Part shown: piece after piece, positions 47,305 through 56,551 of the stretch
Numbering within the stretch: the first letter of the stretch is position 1
Layout of the letters: the number at the start of each line of letters is the position of its first letter
From: a virus
Length of the DNA stretch: 64,000 bases
Reading direction: 5' to 3' (one strand)
Virus record (IMG/VR): IMGVR_UViG_3300026519_000239
Coordinates: 1 to 64,000 of that record
Notes under the pieces: generated by a model
The model's input: the letters and a program-made list of their open reading frames with translations, nothing else
Told to the model about the DNA's origin: nothing
The model's database searches: none
Translations under genes and position numbers: made by a program

Positions 47305-48500
47305 TTTGATTTCTCCAATTTGAGTATCTTTCCAAAGGAAGGCTTAAAATCTTGGTTGCAGTTTTGAGTCATAAGCCAGATAACATTTACTCTGGGCTGA
47401 TGTATAGGCATAGTTACATATCCATCTGTGGCTATGACTATGGTTCTTTTCTTGGATTTCATGTTTTCTCTAATCCATTGAAATACGAAATCCAACGAAG
47501 TTCCACCACCTCCAGTAATCTTGATGTCATTGAAGTCAGCAGTTTTATTAACATTGATAACTTGCTGTACTTTAACGTCCCAAGTAAGGAGAGTTATTTC
47601 TATTCCTATTCTTGGGAGCTTCTTAATGACATCAAGCATCATTCCAATGTCTTCTCCGCTAATAGAACCAGAAACATCCATTGCAAATACCATCTCTATA
47701 TTTGGTACTTCGTACCTTGCAGGTATAAAACCATAGACAGCTCTTCGAGAAGGATATGGTGCAGGATACTTTCTAATCATTTTCTGTGCTGTTTTGGTAA
47801 GGTATCTGTCCCATTTAATCTTTTTAGTTCTGCTCTTTTGTATCTTTCTTAGCCATTTTCCTGACATGGTTCCCATGTTTTTATTTTGTATCTGGTCAGC
47901 TATTGCAGCAGCTTCAATGGCATTTTCTACATTGAACGTAGCTGGATTACTGCCTGTGGTAGGAGTTGAGTCATCAGATTCATCATCACCATCACTTCCA
48001 TTAGGGATAGGAGTCATTACGGCAAAGGCATCTATCACAGCAGCAGGTGGTTGGTTCTGGATTAGCATTTCAAAAGTTTCTTCAAATGAATGACCCCTTA
48101 ATTGCTTAATATTCGGAAAGCTACCCCACAGAGAAGAAGGGGCACCTGCTTCTTCTTGGAAATCCAGTAATGAAATATCCATTGCAATGTTCGTTATGTC
48201 TTTATTCTGCTCGTATTTCTCAACCCCTTCTGCTCTGTTCGTATGCTCATGTATGATATGTCCTAGTTCATGTACAAGAGTACGTAGTCGTTCTTCTGTT
48301 GAGTTTTTGAACCATTGGTCATACAGAATGATTGTGTTTCCGTTAGTAGCTCCAGAAATCTTAGGATCATTTTCATATGGGCCTCCTCCATATTTGATAG
48401 GCCACCTAGACAATGCATGGAATACGAACGGTACATGGAATATTTCCAGCACCGTTTCTCCTACCATGTTTTCCAATGTATGTGTATCAATCGTTGTCAT
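47301..48500 (-). CDS. Metallopeptidase-vWA protein (DUF2201-like, N4 gp25-like)
   Basis: HELGHIIHEH zincin motif; DVSGS MIDAS motif, GGGGT and TDG. Confidence 0.88.
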   Translation of the reverse strand: MTTIDTHTLENMVGETVLEIFHVPFVFHALSRWPIKYGGGPYENDPKISGATNGNTIILYDQWFKNSTEERLRTLVHELGHIIHEHTNRAEGVEKYEQNKDITNIAMDISLLDFQEEAGAPSSLWGSFPNIKQLRGHSFEETFEMLIQNQPPAAVIDAFAVMTPIPNGSDGDDESDDSTPTTGSNPATFNVENAIEAAAIADQIQNKNMGTMSGKWLRKIQKSRTKKIKWDRYLTKTAQKMIRKYPAPYPSRRAVYGFIPARYEVPNIEMVFAMDVSGSISGEDIGMMLDVIKKLPRIGIEITLLTWDVKVQQVINVNKTADFNDIKITGGGGTSLDFVFQWIRENMKSKKRTIVIATDGYVTMPIHQPRVNVIWLMTQNCNQDFKPSFGKILKLEKSK

Positions 48501-48514
48501 GAGGCACTCTCCTA

Positions 48515-49558
48515 TTACAGTGTCTTCTTAATCCACTTTGTGTTTTGGTTCACTACTTCCATGACTGTTTTGTTAGCCAATAGTGAGCTGAAATCCAGCG
48601 ACTTCTTGCTTAGCAGTTGAGAAATAGTTACTGCTATCAGCTCAGGTCTCTTAAAATTCTCTAAGCACTGGATCACCTTACCTGCATTGTCATTAGTGGC
48701 TGAATCAATTAATGCAGTAGCCAGTATCCACCTAGCACTTACAGACATGTCTGTAGTAAGAATTAGCTCTGGATCATTTATGGCTTGCTTCACAGTAAAG
48801 GGAGGAGCCTCTCTTACGAAGGTCAGGAAAGTGGAGCCAATAGTATTCCCAACTGTGGCTTGAACCAGAGCTTTTACCTTCTCTGAATACTTCACTGGCT
48901 TATGCATGAACAGTGTACTCAGGTTCTCCCACGCACGTGGTGAAGGGAACGCTGGATCGCTCTCAATCGTGTCAGGATCGAACTTGTGGATTGCTTCAGG
49001 CATCATTGCAAGGAATGCTCTGATAGTGGCTGAGAGACCTTTATTTGAAGCATAAGCCAAGAAGTTATTTGTATCTGGCTCAACGTTGATATGCATCATC
49101 CTGTTCAGTAGGGGAGCAGGCAGGTCTTCGTCGAATCCCCCGTCACTGTACGTATTCCGTGCTGCTACGAATCTTACAAATGGGTGGATTTGGTACGTAT
49201 CAATTCTGCGCTCTTGAAGGATGCTGTAGACGCTCTTTTGTGTGCTTGGGTCCCCAGCTTGGATTTCATCGAAAAAGATGACACAAGGACGTTTGAGATC
49301 ATCTGTGATGAGCGGAACGATAGCAGTAGGGTGGTATTGTGTACGTCCCTCATCGTTCACTGAGAGCAGTCCTACAATATCTGTCCTCTCTTTGGTAGAC
49401 AGTGCAAATGCTCTCATATCCCAGCCGTTCTCCCGGCACATCTCTTCAATGAGAGCAGTCTTACCAATACCTGATTTGCCAGTCAGCAATACAGGTACAT
49501 TTTGCTTTACAGCATGTGCAGTAAGATCTAGTGTGTGTTCAAAGTTAAGCTTGATCAT
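48515..49558 (-). CDS. MoxR-like AAA+ ATPase (N4 gp24-like)
   Basis: GKSGIGKT, FFDE, PLLNR and FPSPRAWE motifs; paired with the vWA gene. Confidence 0.9.
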   Translation of the reverse strand: MIKLNFEHTLDLTAHAVKQNVPVLLTGKSGIGKTALIEEMCRENGWDMRAFALSTKERTDIVGLLSVNDEGRTQYHPTAIVPLITDDLKRPCVIFFDEIQAGDPSTQKSVYSILQERRIDTYQIHPFVRFVAARNTYSDGGFDEDLPAPLLNRMMHINVEPDTNNFLAYASNKGLSATIRAFLAMMPEAIHKFDPDTIESDPAFPSPRAWENLSTLFMHKPVKYSEKVKALVQATVGNTIGSTFLTFVREAPPFTVKQAINDPELILTTDMSVSARWILATALIDSATNDNAGKVIQCLENFKRPELIAVTISQLLSKKSLDFSSLLANKTVMEVVNQNTKWIKKTL

Positions 49559-49591
49559 TGGTTTCTCCAATTATGTTGTGTGTGTGTATAG

Positions 49592-49634
49592 AAAAAAAAA
49601 AAGCCCACCTAAACCAACTAAGGTTTAGGTGGGC
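49592..49634 (-). terminator. Rho-independent terminator after the RNAP gene
   Basis: 13-bp stem GCCCACCTAAACC/GGTTTAGGTGGGC with a long U-run on the - strand. Confidence 0.9.
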
Positions 49635-49661
49635 AATGCCTACATTTATGTAGGTCAGAGG

Positions 49662-51764
49662 TTAAGTGATGAAACGGTGCATAGAGTTAATCATATGAGA
49701 TGGAACCGATGACTTGTGTGCGTTTAGGCTACGTTCTTGTGAGCAAGGAACAGTTACCAAGTCAGGTCTATTCCATCTGTCCATGAAGAAACTCATGGCC
49801 ATATCCCGGAATGTATTCAGATAGCCGGGAGGCATCATGAAAGCATCATGGATGTCTATGAGTGCAGGGATGGTTACACCTATCCGTCGAGCCAAAGCAC
49901 CATCCAGTGAATGGATAGTATTGGCTCCAGCAGCTAGATTCCTTCCATCTGGGTTGCCTACAGTAATCACCATAGACACCCCACTCTCCTCATCAATAAC
50001 TACCTCCTTTTTCTGTGTACATACATAGAACGCCTTATATGTGCCACTGGTATAATCTGAGTGAATGTCAGGCATGCGCACTACACAGTCTTGATCAGTG
50101 AACTCTGCAAGTTTGCATTGGTTCAGATGTGTGTTAACAGCAGGAATTACTTTCTGTATCCCCATTTGCAAAGCCACTGCTGAACTAGCATCCACTCTCT
50201 CATACGCAGAAGTACTTCCATACATGATAGGCATGAGGAGTGTATTCTTGAGGAACTTACGATCATCAGGAGCGTTCCACATACCGGTCTCTTTGGCTGC
50301 TTCTAGTACTTCCATGTACACATCTACTGGAGGTGTATACAGTTCGTCATACCAGTTATCTGTTAGTAGATTGCTAACAGAAGCTGTTTGTACACATCCG
50401 TAGATAGCACCAATCCACTGAGTAGCATTGGAAGTGAAGTCAACAGTGATAAGCCTTCTGCTTACTTCATAAAGATTTCCTTTTCTAAGCAAGTCAATGG
50501 TCTTCTCAGCATACTTCCATGCATAGTACTCATTGTCTTTCTCAGGTGTTTCTACTGTTTTGCGGTTGCACACAATATCTAAGCCATATTGAAGCCTGTC
50601 CATGAAAGAAGCTTTCTCTTCCACGAACTTACCTAAGTACCACAACACACTAGGCACTACCTCAGCTCTTTCTGATTCCAGTCCTTGAAACATACAAATT
50701 GCAACATCCTCAGCATCTAGCGTAGGCAGTTGCTTGATAAGCAGTTCATCTGCTGTTCTTGTTATATTTATCTCCTTAATTATCTCAGGAGTTACAAGAC
50801 AGTTTCTTAGATGATGGTATTGCTTAATTGCATTGTAGTTTCTACCGCGGGAATCCAGCTCAGGAATAAACCAAACATCGAAGCCAAGTTCATGATAGGT
50901 GTACATCAAATCACGGCATAGATTGTAGTGATAAATCACTGACTCTCGCGTGGCTTCCTTGATGTAGTTACCATTTTTGTCTTCTGCTGTGGGTTCCCAG
51001 TGCTCAGACAGAATATCTACATCTATATCAAAAGTCTGCTCAGCCAATGAAAACAATATTTGCTTCTTTGGCTTTTCCATATACTTTGGTACAGATTTTG
51101 TATATCCAGTATATCTTCCGTCTTCTTTCAGCTTCGCAAATACAGCGTTGATAATGTTACGACTAGCAATTGCTGAGAGGCTTTTCGGAACACACATAGG
51201 AAGCAAGCCAGTATTGCATTGCTTATCTACGTTAATTGCCTTTGGACAGTGAAGATCATGGATATCTATAATACTGCCCTTTACTGTGAAGAGTTTGGTT
51301 TCTTCTCCTATGCGTTTCAGCATTTGGTACAAAGTATTGCCAGTTTTCTCTACCTCTTCTTCGTACTTCTCACCTGCGTTGAGGGCAGAGATACCATGAT
51401 GACTTAATACCGTATGCAGCAATCCATGGATAAGCGTCTGTACAGCCATAGTCTTTGTAGGCTGCATGCTGAGCTTAACTAAGATGGCTGTATACAGTTT
51501 GCCAACGATGTCTAATGAATGGTTTGGAAATGCTTGCACCAGAATTTCTCTGACTTTTGTGAAAGCTAATTTATAGCCTTCATTGTTGTCATAGAGATCA
51601 GTCAAATATTCTTTAGCAAATTGCTTTCCTATATCGTTGCTATACCATTCAAGTATAAATTCATTTACCTTTATGGCTTTATCTGTGTTTGATAAGTCAT
51701 CTTTATTTATATATCGGATGTAGGCTCCCATAACGGGAGCCAGTATCTGTGGTTTACGTTTCAT
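49662..51764 (-). CDS. T7-like RNA polymerase (N4 RNAP II equivalent), single polypeptide
   Basis: DSRGRNY, motif A VDFTSNATQ, motif B RKFLK...MPIMYGS, ANTIHSLDG and motif C IHDAF, all in one 700-aa ORF. Confidence 0.9.
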   Translation of the reverse strand: MKRKPQILAPVMGAYIRYINKDDLSNTDKAIKVNEFILEWYSNDIGKQFAKEYLTDLYDNNEGYKLAFTKVREILVQAFPNHSLDIVGKLYTAILVKLSMQPTKTMAVQTLIHGLLHTVLSHHGISALNAGEKYEEEVEKTGNTLYQMLKRIGEETKLFTVKGSIIDIHDLHCPKAINVDKQCNTGLLPMCVPKSLSAIASRNIINAVFAKLKEDGRYTGYTKSVPKYMEKPKKQILFSLAEQTFDIDVDILSEHWEPTAEDKNGNYIKEATRESVIYHYNLCRDLMYTYHELGFDVWFIPELDSRGRNYNAIKQYHHLRNCLVTPEIIKEINITRTADELLIKQLPTLDAEDVAICMFQGLESERAEVVPSVLWYLGKFVEEKASFMDRLQYGLDIVCNRKTVETPEKDNEYYAWKYAEKTIDLLRKGNLYEVSRRLITVDFTSNATQWIGAIYGCVQTASVSNLLTDNWYDELYTPPVDVYMEVLEAAKETGMWNAPDDRKFLKNTLLMPIMYGSTSAYERVDASSAVALQMGIQKVIPAVNTHLNQCKLAEFTDQDCVVRMPDIHSDYTSGTYKAFYVCTQKKEVVIDEESGVSMVITVGNPDGRNLAAGANTIHSLDGALARRIGVTIPALIDIHDAFMMPPGYLNTFRDMAMSFFMDRWNRPDLVTVPCSQERSLNAHKSSVPSHMINSMHRFIT

Positions 51765-51783
51765 TGTTTTTACCTTCTTTGGT

Positions 51784-52110
51784 TTAGAAGAATTTCAGGT
51801 TAGAGCCATTCTTCCTTTTAATAGCTCCAGCAATTTCACCGGGGTCAACTTGGGTGAACTTAGCTGTATCATGGGACTGCTTAGTAGCAGCCTCTGTGAC
51901 GATCAATACTCCTTCCATCGTCACGTCCATGACGTCAATGTTATTATCAATACACCGATCCAGCACAGAGTCCCACAGGGCTGTTCCTGTATTGGATCCA
52001 GTAATGTATTTTGTGTTCACCAGTAGTGACAATGGGAGTTCCAAGTCATAAGTAACCCCTTCTTTGTCTTTCACAGTTGTTTTGATGGTTCCTTTCAAAA
52101 TTGCACTCAT
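51784..52110 (-). CDS. Hypothetical protein
   Basis: ATG at 52110 preceded by GGAG; 108 aa. Confidence 0.65.
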   Translation of the reverse strand: MSAILKGTIKTTVKDKEGVTYDLELPLSLLVNTKYITGSNTGTALWDSVLDRCIDNNIDVMDVTMEGVLIVTEAATKQSHDTAKFTQVDPGEIAGAIKRKNGSNLKFF

Positions 52111-52138
52111 AATAGTTTCTCCAGTGTGTGTGTGTAGT

Positions 52139-52474
52139 TCAGTTGTGTTGCGATGGTTTAGCGTTATTGATAGTAGCAGCCCATAGTTTCTGTGCTTCAC
52201 CTGGGCTTTCTCCAACGTAACGTACCAATGTACGTGAGCCATAGTTCAGCTCAACGCATTGACGGGCTAATGATGCCCATATACATACATACCCAACCAC
52301 CTCATCTTGCTGATCTTCTGAGTCAGTCTCATAGATAGTTAGTTTGTCTTCCCCTTGGTTTTCAAATACAGGCACGGTGACCAGTACATCCTCTCCACCA
52401 TGTAGTTCTTCCATGGCTTTGATAAATTTCTCTTTGGTTAATGGACGTTCATGTTTAGATACTCTGCGTGTCAT
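52139..52474 (-). CDS. Hypothetical protein
   Basis: 111-aa ORF with a GAGG RBS. Confidence 0.6.
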   Translation of the reverse strand: MTRRVSKHERPLTKEKFIKAMEELHGGEDVLVTVPVFENQGEDKLTIYETDSEDQQDEVVGYVCIWASLARQCVELNYGSRTLVRYVGESPGEAQKLWAATINNAKPSQHN

Positions 52475-52475
52475 T

Positions 52476-52559
52476 TTACTTTTTCCTCATGATTTCAATT
52501 AAAACCATAGCTACATAAGCCAATACAGCAAATGTAGTTATAACCAGCAGGTTCTGCAT
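52476..52559 (-). CDS. 27-aa single-TM peptide (not in the ORF track)
   Basis: MQNLLVITTFAVLAYVAMVLIEIMRKK; AAGGA RBS; tightly packed between neighbours. Confidence 0.5.
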   Translation of the reverse strand: MQNLLVITTFAVLAYVAMVLIEIMRKK

Positions 52560-52563
52560 TTAT

Positions 52564-52665
52564 TCAATCCTTACCGTCGAAGTACCAGAATACTGTAAAG
52601 AACACTACTGATATAAAAACCAGCAGGTAAGTAGCTACTTCTCCATTCAAGATTTCGTTAGGCAT
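52564..52665 (-). CDS. 33-aa single-TM peptide (not in the ORF track)
   Basis: MPNEILNGEVATYLLVFISVVFFTVFWYFDGKD; GGAG RBS. Confidence 0.5.
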   Translation of the reverse strand: MPNEILNGEVATYLLVFISVVFFTVFWYFDGKD

Positions 52666-52679
52666 ATCTTTATCTCCAA

Positions 52680-53210
52680 TTAAAAGTTATATAAAAATCC
52701 AAATACAGCTCCTACACGGAGTTTTCTTTCTCCGTGATAGTACTCCACTATTTCCTGCTCGCATTGCATGAACTCGCCTACAGTACAGCTTGTATGAAGC
52801 TCTGTGCGCTTCTTTCTGTACCAGCCCCAGTTAGGTAGCATGTAGATAGAAACTCTCTTCACAGGCGAATACAGTAATCCAGGGAGTACACCAATTCTGC
52901 TGTCATACCTGGCTAATGAAAGCCTGAATGCTGTCTTCTGGCTTAGTTTGGTTTCCCAGCTTATGACAGGAGTCATTTGGCCAAATGAGTTTCTAAATAC
53001 TCCTAAGCCAAAGCCAGAGTTATGGATAGCACCAATACCTGGAGTGAAAGAGTGTAGCTTCTCCCCTCCTTTCTTCTCTGTGATGCCTACATGGTAAGCA
53101 CCAACTATGGCTTGGTATCTCCACTCACTGTTATCTGCCTTGGCTTTGGCAGCCCAGAACCAAACAGCAAAGATAAGGGCTATGATGATTATCTGAGTTC
53201 CTGTATTCAT
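52680..53210 (-). CDS. Putative small outer-membrane beta-barrel, PagP-like
   Basis: Signal peptide ending AKA; YH...TPGIG...GVFRNSFG pattern; C-terminal beta-signal FGFLYNF. Confidence 0.6.
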   Translation of the reverse strand: MNTGTQIIIIALIFAVWFWAAKAKADNSEWRYQAIVGAYHVGITEKKGGEKLHSFTPGIGAIHNSGFGLGVFRNSFGQMTPVISWETKLSQKTAFRLSLARYDSRIGVLPGLLYSPVKRVSIYMLPNWGWYRKKRTELHTSCTVGEFMQCEQEIVEYYHGERKLRVGAVFGFLYNF

Positions 53211-53214
53211 CTGA

Positions 53215-53601
53215 TCACCCTCTCTGTTTGGTTTGGTGTTTCAGAGAGTTTACCCATTCAGCAAACACTTCATCTTCTCTAAGCAGAGTAGATAGCTTGC
53301 TGAATTGACGAACCAGATAAGGCAAGTCAGGGAGTGTTGGGAGCAGTACGCTCATATCATCCATATGAGCATTGATGCCTACTCCATAGGAGTACAAATC
53401 TTTTACATATTCATCCCAGATACGTTTTTCCTCACCAGTTGCAGTAAGAGCTTGCTTTAACTGATACGCTCCTACTTCAACTAACGCATCCTGCATATTG
53501 TAAAGTTGGTTATCAGAAATCTGACCCAGAGCTGTAGAACAGATTCCGTTTACAGCAGTGGTGAGTTTAAGAGACATCCAGCCAAAATTGTTACTAATCA
53601 T
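53215..53601 (-). CDS. Hypothetical early protein
   Basis: GAGG RBS; first gene behind the promoter-like element at 53642-53677. Confidence 0.7.
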   Translation of the reverse strand: MISNNFGWMSLKLTTAVNGICSTALGQISDNQLYNMQDALVEVGAYQLKQALTATGEEKRIWDEYVKDLYSYGVGINAHMDDMSVLLPTLPDLPYLVRQFSKLSTLLREDEVFAEWVNSLKHQTKQRG

Positions 53602-53641
53602 TTTCAATTACCTCATGTGTGTGTTTTGGTTTAAGAGTTCA

Positions 53642-53677
53642 GGCAGTACTGAATACTACCCAAACCAAACACCCCCC
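53642..53677 (-). promoter_or_regulatory. Putative phage promoter element GGGTGTTTGGTT plus 5' hairpin (copy 1)
   Basis: 12-mer identical at four sites, each 48-64 nt upstream of a - strand gene and followed by a GG-initiated hairpin. Confidence 0.65.
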
Positions 53678-53731
53678 AAAACTCAGAAACACTCTATAAG
53701 TGGGTTTTGGTTTGCAGTTTACGGAGGGCAT

Positions 53732-53770
53732 AAAAAAAGCCCCAACAATCATTTTCAGACTATTGGGGCT
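53732..53770 (-). terminator. Rho-independent terminator
   Basis: AGCCCCAA...TTGGGGCT stem with an A-run on + (U-run on -). Confidence 0.65.
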
Positions 53771-54004
53771 TCACTCTCTCAACACACACATTGGGAGTTC
53801 TTGAAATTAAAAGAGACACTATCCATCAATGGGTAACTGGGTAGTGTCAATTCGGTTTTGGGAGAAACCAAGAAGGATTCTATCAAGTAGGTTTCTCCTG
53901 TCAACCAGAAATCTTAGTTTACATACTTCTATTCACTTGATAAGTAAGCAGGAGTATGTAGACTAGGGTACTTCACTAAACCAACCCAATGGAGGGTTAG
54001 CACT

Positions 54005-54262
54005 ATGGTAGATACACCTATGAAACGAGCACGTAGAGAGGTAGGGCAAGAGTTTGCAGATCGACTTGATCCTGATACCAAGTACACTATCAATCGCCTT
54101 GCTGAGCTGGTAGAAGAGCTTTCAGGATACTACAACAAAGCCAAAGCCAAAGAGTTTCGTAAGCTCTTGGTTCAGCTCCGTAAGAGCGTTACTGCTACTC
54201 GTAGCTTTACTATGGAGTTGGATGCTAAGCTGCCTAAGCGCAGCGATTTCAACCCACAGTAG
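54005..54262 (+). CDS. Small basic protein, weakly Hc1 (histone H1-like) family
   Basis: GGAGG RBS; NKAKAKEFRKLLVQLRK resembles the NKAA..RARK...L.K helix. The only + strand gene in the early region. Confidence 0.65.
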   Translation: MVDTPMKRARREVGQEFADRLDPDTKYTINRLAELVEELSGYYNKAKAKEFRKLLVQLRKSVTATRSFTMELDAKLPKRSDFNPQ

Positions 54263-54281
54263 CTCCTTTATCTCAGGCTGT

Positions 54282-54338
54282 AAAAAAAGTAGCCCCTAGA
54301 GCCTTGTATAACTTCTACAAGATACTCTAGGGGCTTTT
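54282..54338. terminator. Bidirectional terminator between convergent genes
   Basis: AGCCCCTAGAG...CTCTAGGGGCT stem flanked by an A-run and a T-run. Confidence 0.8.
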
Positions 54339-54348
54339 CTTTGGCTTC

Positions 54349-54846
54349 TTACTTAGTAGCTACGTATACCACCTCATCATCTACTTGACCGAGTTCAGCA
54401 GCATGACGTTCAGCCTGCTGAATGATCTCTTTGTCCTCACGCATCTCCTGCATGAGCTTCATAGCCTTCTCCTTGACCTTCTCAGCCGATTCTCCGTAGG
54501 ATGCATCCACTTGATCCATCAAGTCTCGAAGTTGCTTTGTGGCTTCAATCTGACGCTTCGTGGCTTCTGTGTGTACTCGCAACTCCATGATCTCTAGATC
54601 AGTAGCTGCACAGAACTTGTCAGCCTTTGCCATGGATTCAGCCAAGCGAACTTCAAGAGTTCTCTCGAACTCAATATTCATTCGTTTTTTCTTCAGCTCA
54701 GCCTCTTTCTTCCACTTATCCAAGTGGGCATCCAAGTGAGCAGTAAGACCGTTATGCACCTGGGTAGCGGGCTTGATTACATCCATGGTTCCTTTGGATA
54801 CGGCGTCATAGGCTGTCTTGATTCCGTTGTAAATAGTGTTAAGCAT
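54349..54846 (-). CDS. Coiled-coil hypothetical early protein
   Basis: 165 aa; GAGG RBS; similar to ORF 58139-58537. Confidence 0.75.
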   Translation of the reverse strand: MLNTIYNGIKTAYDAVSKGTMDVIKPATQVHNGLTAHLDAHLDKWKKEAELKKKRMNIEFERTLEVRLAESMAKADKFCAATDLEIMELRVHTEATKRQIEATKQLRDLMDQVDASYGESAEKVKEKAMKLMQEMREDKEIIQQAERHAAELGQVDDEVVYVATK

Positions 54847-54963
54847 TGGTTTCGTTCCTCTTTGTCTTGAGATTAAAAATAAGCCCTAATCCAGACGAAT
54901 CCAGAAAAGGGCTAACTGTAGGAGGGTGAGCAGTTTTAACCCATACTCAGGGGTAATCCAAAA

Positions 54964-55647
54964 TTATACGTCTACATCAGTTGAAGACGTACCGAAGTCT
55001 TTGAATACATCTTCAGCATCATTGGTATTGCTACTATACGCCTCCATAGCAGCCTGGAGACGCTTTGTAGGTTGAATATTAGCTACTACTCGATTTCCAT
55101 TCTGGTTCAGATACCGAACCAGAGCTTGGGCTACTGGCTTAGCCAGCGATGATCCAGCAAGGTTGATGGTACGAGAAGCATCTGATGGGTGGATCAGGTA
55201 GTAGTTGATCCAGCATTCGTGTGTTTTTGCTTTCATGTCCCGTTTCTTCTTGCGCTCCATTTGCTGGGCCATGAAGATATCTTTGAATGCACTATCGGTA
55301 TCCTGTGACCGTTCAGAAGCCACGAATTCAGGAGCAGTTGAATAAACAACTTCTCCTTCGATGTTGATGTCAAATACGACGTTCGGGATGATAGGAAAAG
55401 TATTGCTGCTAAGCACCTCATCTACGATTTGCTGAGTCAACGCTTTCGTCAAAGCATTACTGTCTTGGCGCACTTTCGCAAATGTGTAAGGTACGTTGTC
55501 TCCCACATTTACATCAGTAAGCCAACAAGTGGCGATACCGCCTTGAGTCTCTTCGATGACTTCAGCAGGAGTTGGTACTGTATCTGAACCAGTGTTAGTC
55601 AGTTCTACGATTTTCTTCAGATCTTCAGCATTGAAATACATGTTCAT
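54964..55647 (-). CDS. Early protein, possibly N4 gp1/gp2-like ssDNA-binding transcription cofactor
   Basis: Two halves with (A/E)xCW(L/I) strands. The CWINYYL...NLAG.SL segment recalls N4-like early gp1/gp2 proteins (weak). Confidence 0.6.
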   Translation of the reverse strand: MNMYFNAEDLKKIVELTNTGSDTVPTPAEVIEETQGGIATCWLTDVNVGDNVPYTFAKVRQDSNALTKALTQQIVDEVLSSNTFPIIPNVVFDINIEGEVVYSTAPEFVASERSQDTDSAFKDIFMAQQMERKKKRDMKAKTHECWINYYLIHPSDASRTINLAGSSLAKPVAQALVRYLNQNGNRVVANIQPTKRLQAAMEAYSSNTNDAEDVFKDFGTSSTDVDV

Positions 55648-55679
55648 TTCCTCTTTGATTAAGTTAATAAGTAAGTTCA

Positions 55680-55716
55680 GGATTAGCTTTCTCTAATCCC
55701 ACAAACCAAACACCCC
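55680..55716 (-). promoter_or_regulatory. Putative phage promoter element plus hairpin (copy 2)
   Basis: AACCAAACACCC at 55704-55715; perfect 7-bp hairpin GGATTAG/CTAATCC. Confidence 0.65.
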
Positions 55717-55867
55717 AAACCACACTCTGAAAACACCTTCTACACCCCACACCAAACCACCACACTCTGACGACTACTACTACGATGACAAACCAAACCA
55801 ACAACAACAACAACCAACCACTAAACCAAACGAATGAAGGCTGGATAGTAGTTGGTTAGTTGGATTA

Positions 55868-56284
55868 CTAGTACTTGATGTTGTAATCCATAGACGACTG
55901 TGCGTATACGTTACCTTCCAGTAACTCAAGAATTAGATTACCCTGCTCCATGCACACATCAGTTGGAGCAATAGTAGTCTCCCCTTCTATTACGCAGTCT
56001 CTTAGGAATGTATCTAGTCCTTCCAAGACCATTTGTCGATATGTATACACATCAGTGTAGATGGTAACTTTCTCTTCTCCAGTCCTAGGAACTTGGATGT
56101 TATATTGTGTAATTGGGATGATTGTTTTGCTCGGAGCTTCAGCTACTCTGGTTCCTGAGTCAGATTAGATATCTGTTTGCGGCTTCGCCTGATCCAAAGA
56201 TATTGGAGTATCTGCTTCTGTCTGACAGGCAGTTAGCATAACTAGGATGATTGTTGACATTATTGCTTGGATTGGTGTTTTCAT
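55868..56284 (-). pseudogene. Lipoprotein gene interrupted by one in-frame TAA
   Basis: MKTPIQAIMSTIILVMLTAC lipobox. TAA at 56165-56167 after codon 39; the same frame stays open to 55868. Confidence 0.6.
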
Positions 56285-56359
56285 AGGTTTCTCTCTCTCT
56301 ATTATCTATTGGTTTAAAAAATTAGGAGAACCAGCATAAGCTAGCTCTCCGTAGGTTGG

Positions 56360-56536
56360 TTATATTGGCTGACCGCACCCAACGCATTCTGGGCCGTCGC
56401 CATCTCTATGGATAGTTCCACAGAATGGACACACCAGCTCTTTTACTGGTGCTATTCTGTCCAGTGTTTTGTTTACCTCTTCTGAGTCAGTATATGTAGC
56501 TGACTCATGGTCAGTTGCTGTGTCTTTGTCCATCAT
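56360..56536 (-). CDS. 58-aa zinc-ribbon protein (not in the ORF track)
   Basis: CPFCG...CVGCG; GAGGT RBS. Confidence 0.65.
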   Translation of the reverse strand: MMDKDTATDHESATYTDSEEVNKTLDRIAPVKELVCPFCGTIHRDGDGPECVGCGQPI

Positions 56537-56551
56537 ATTTAGTTACCTCTC

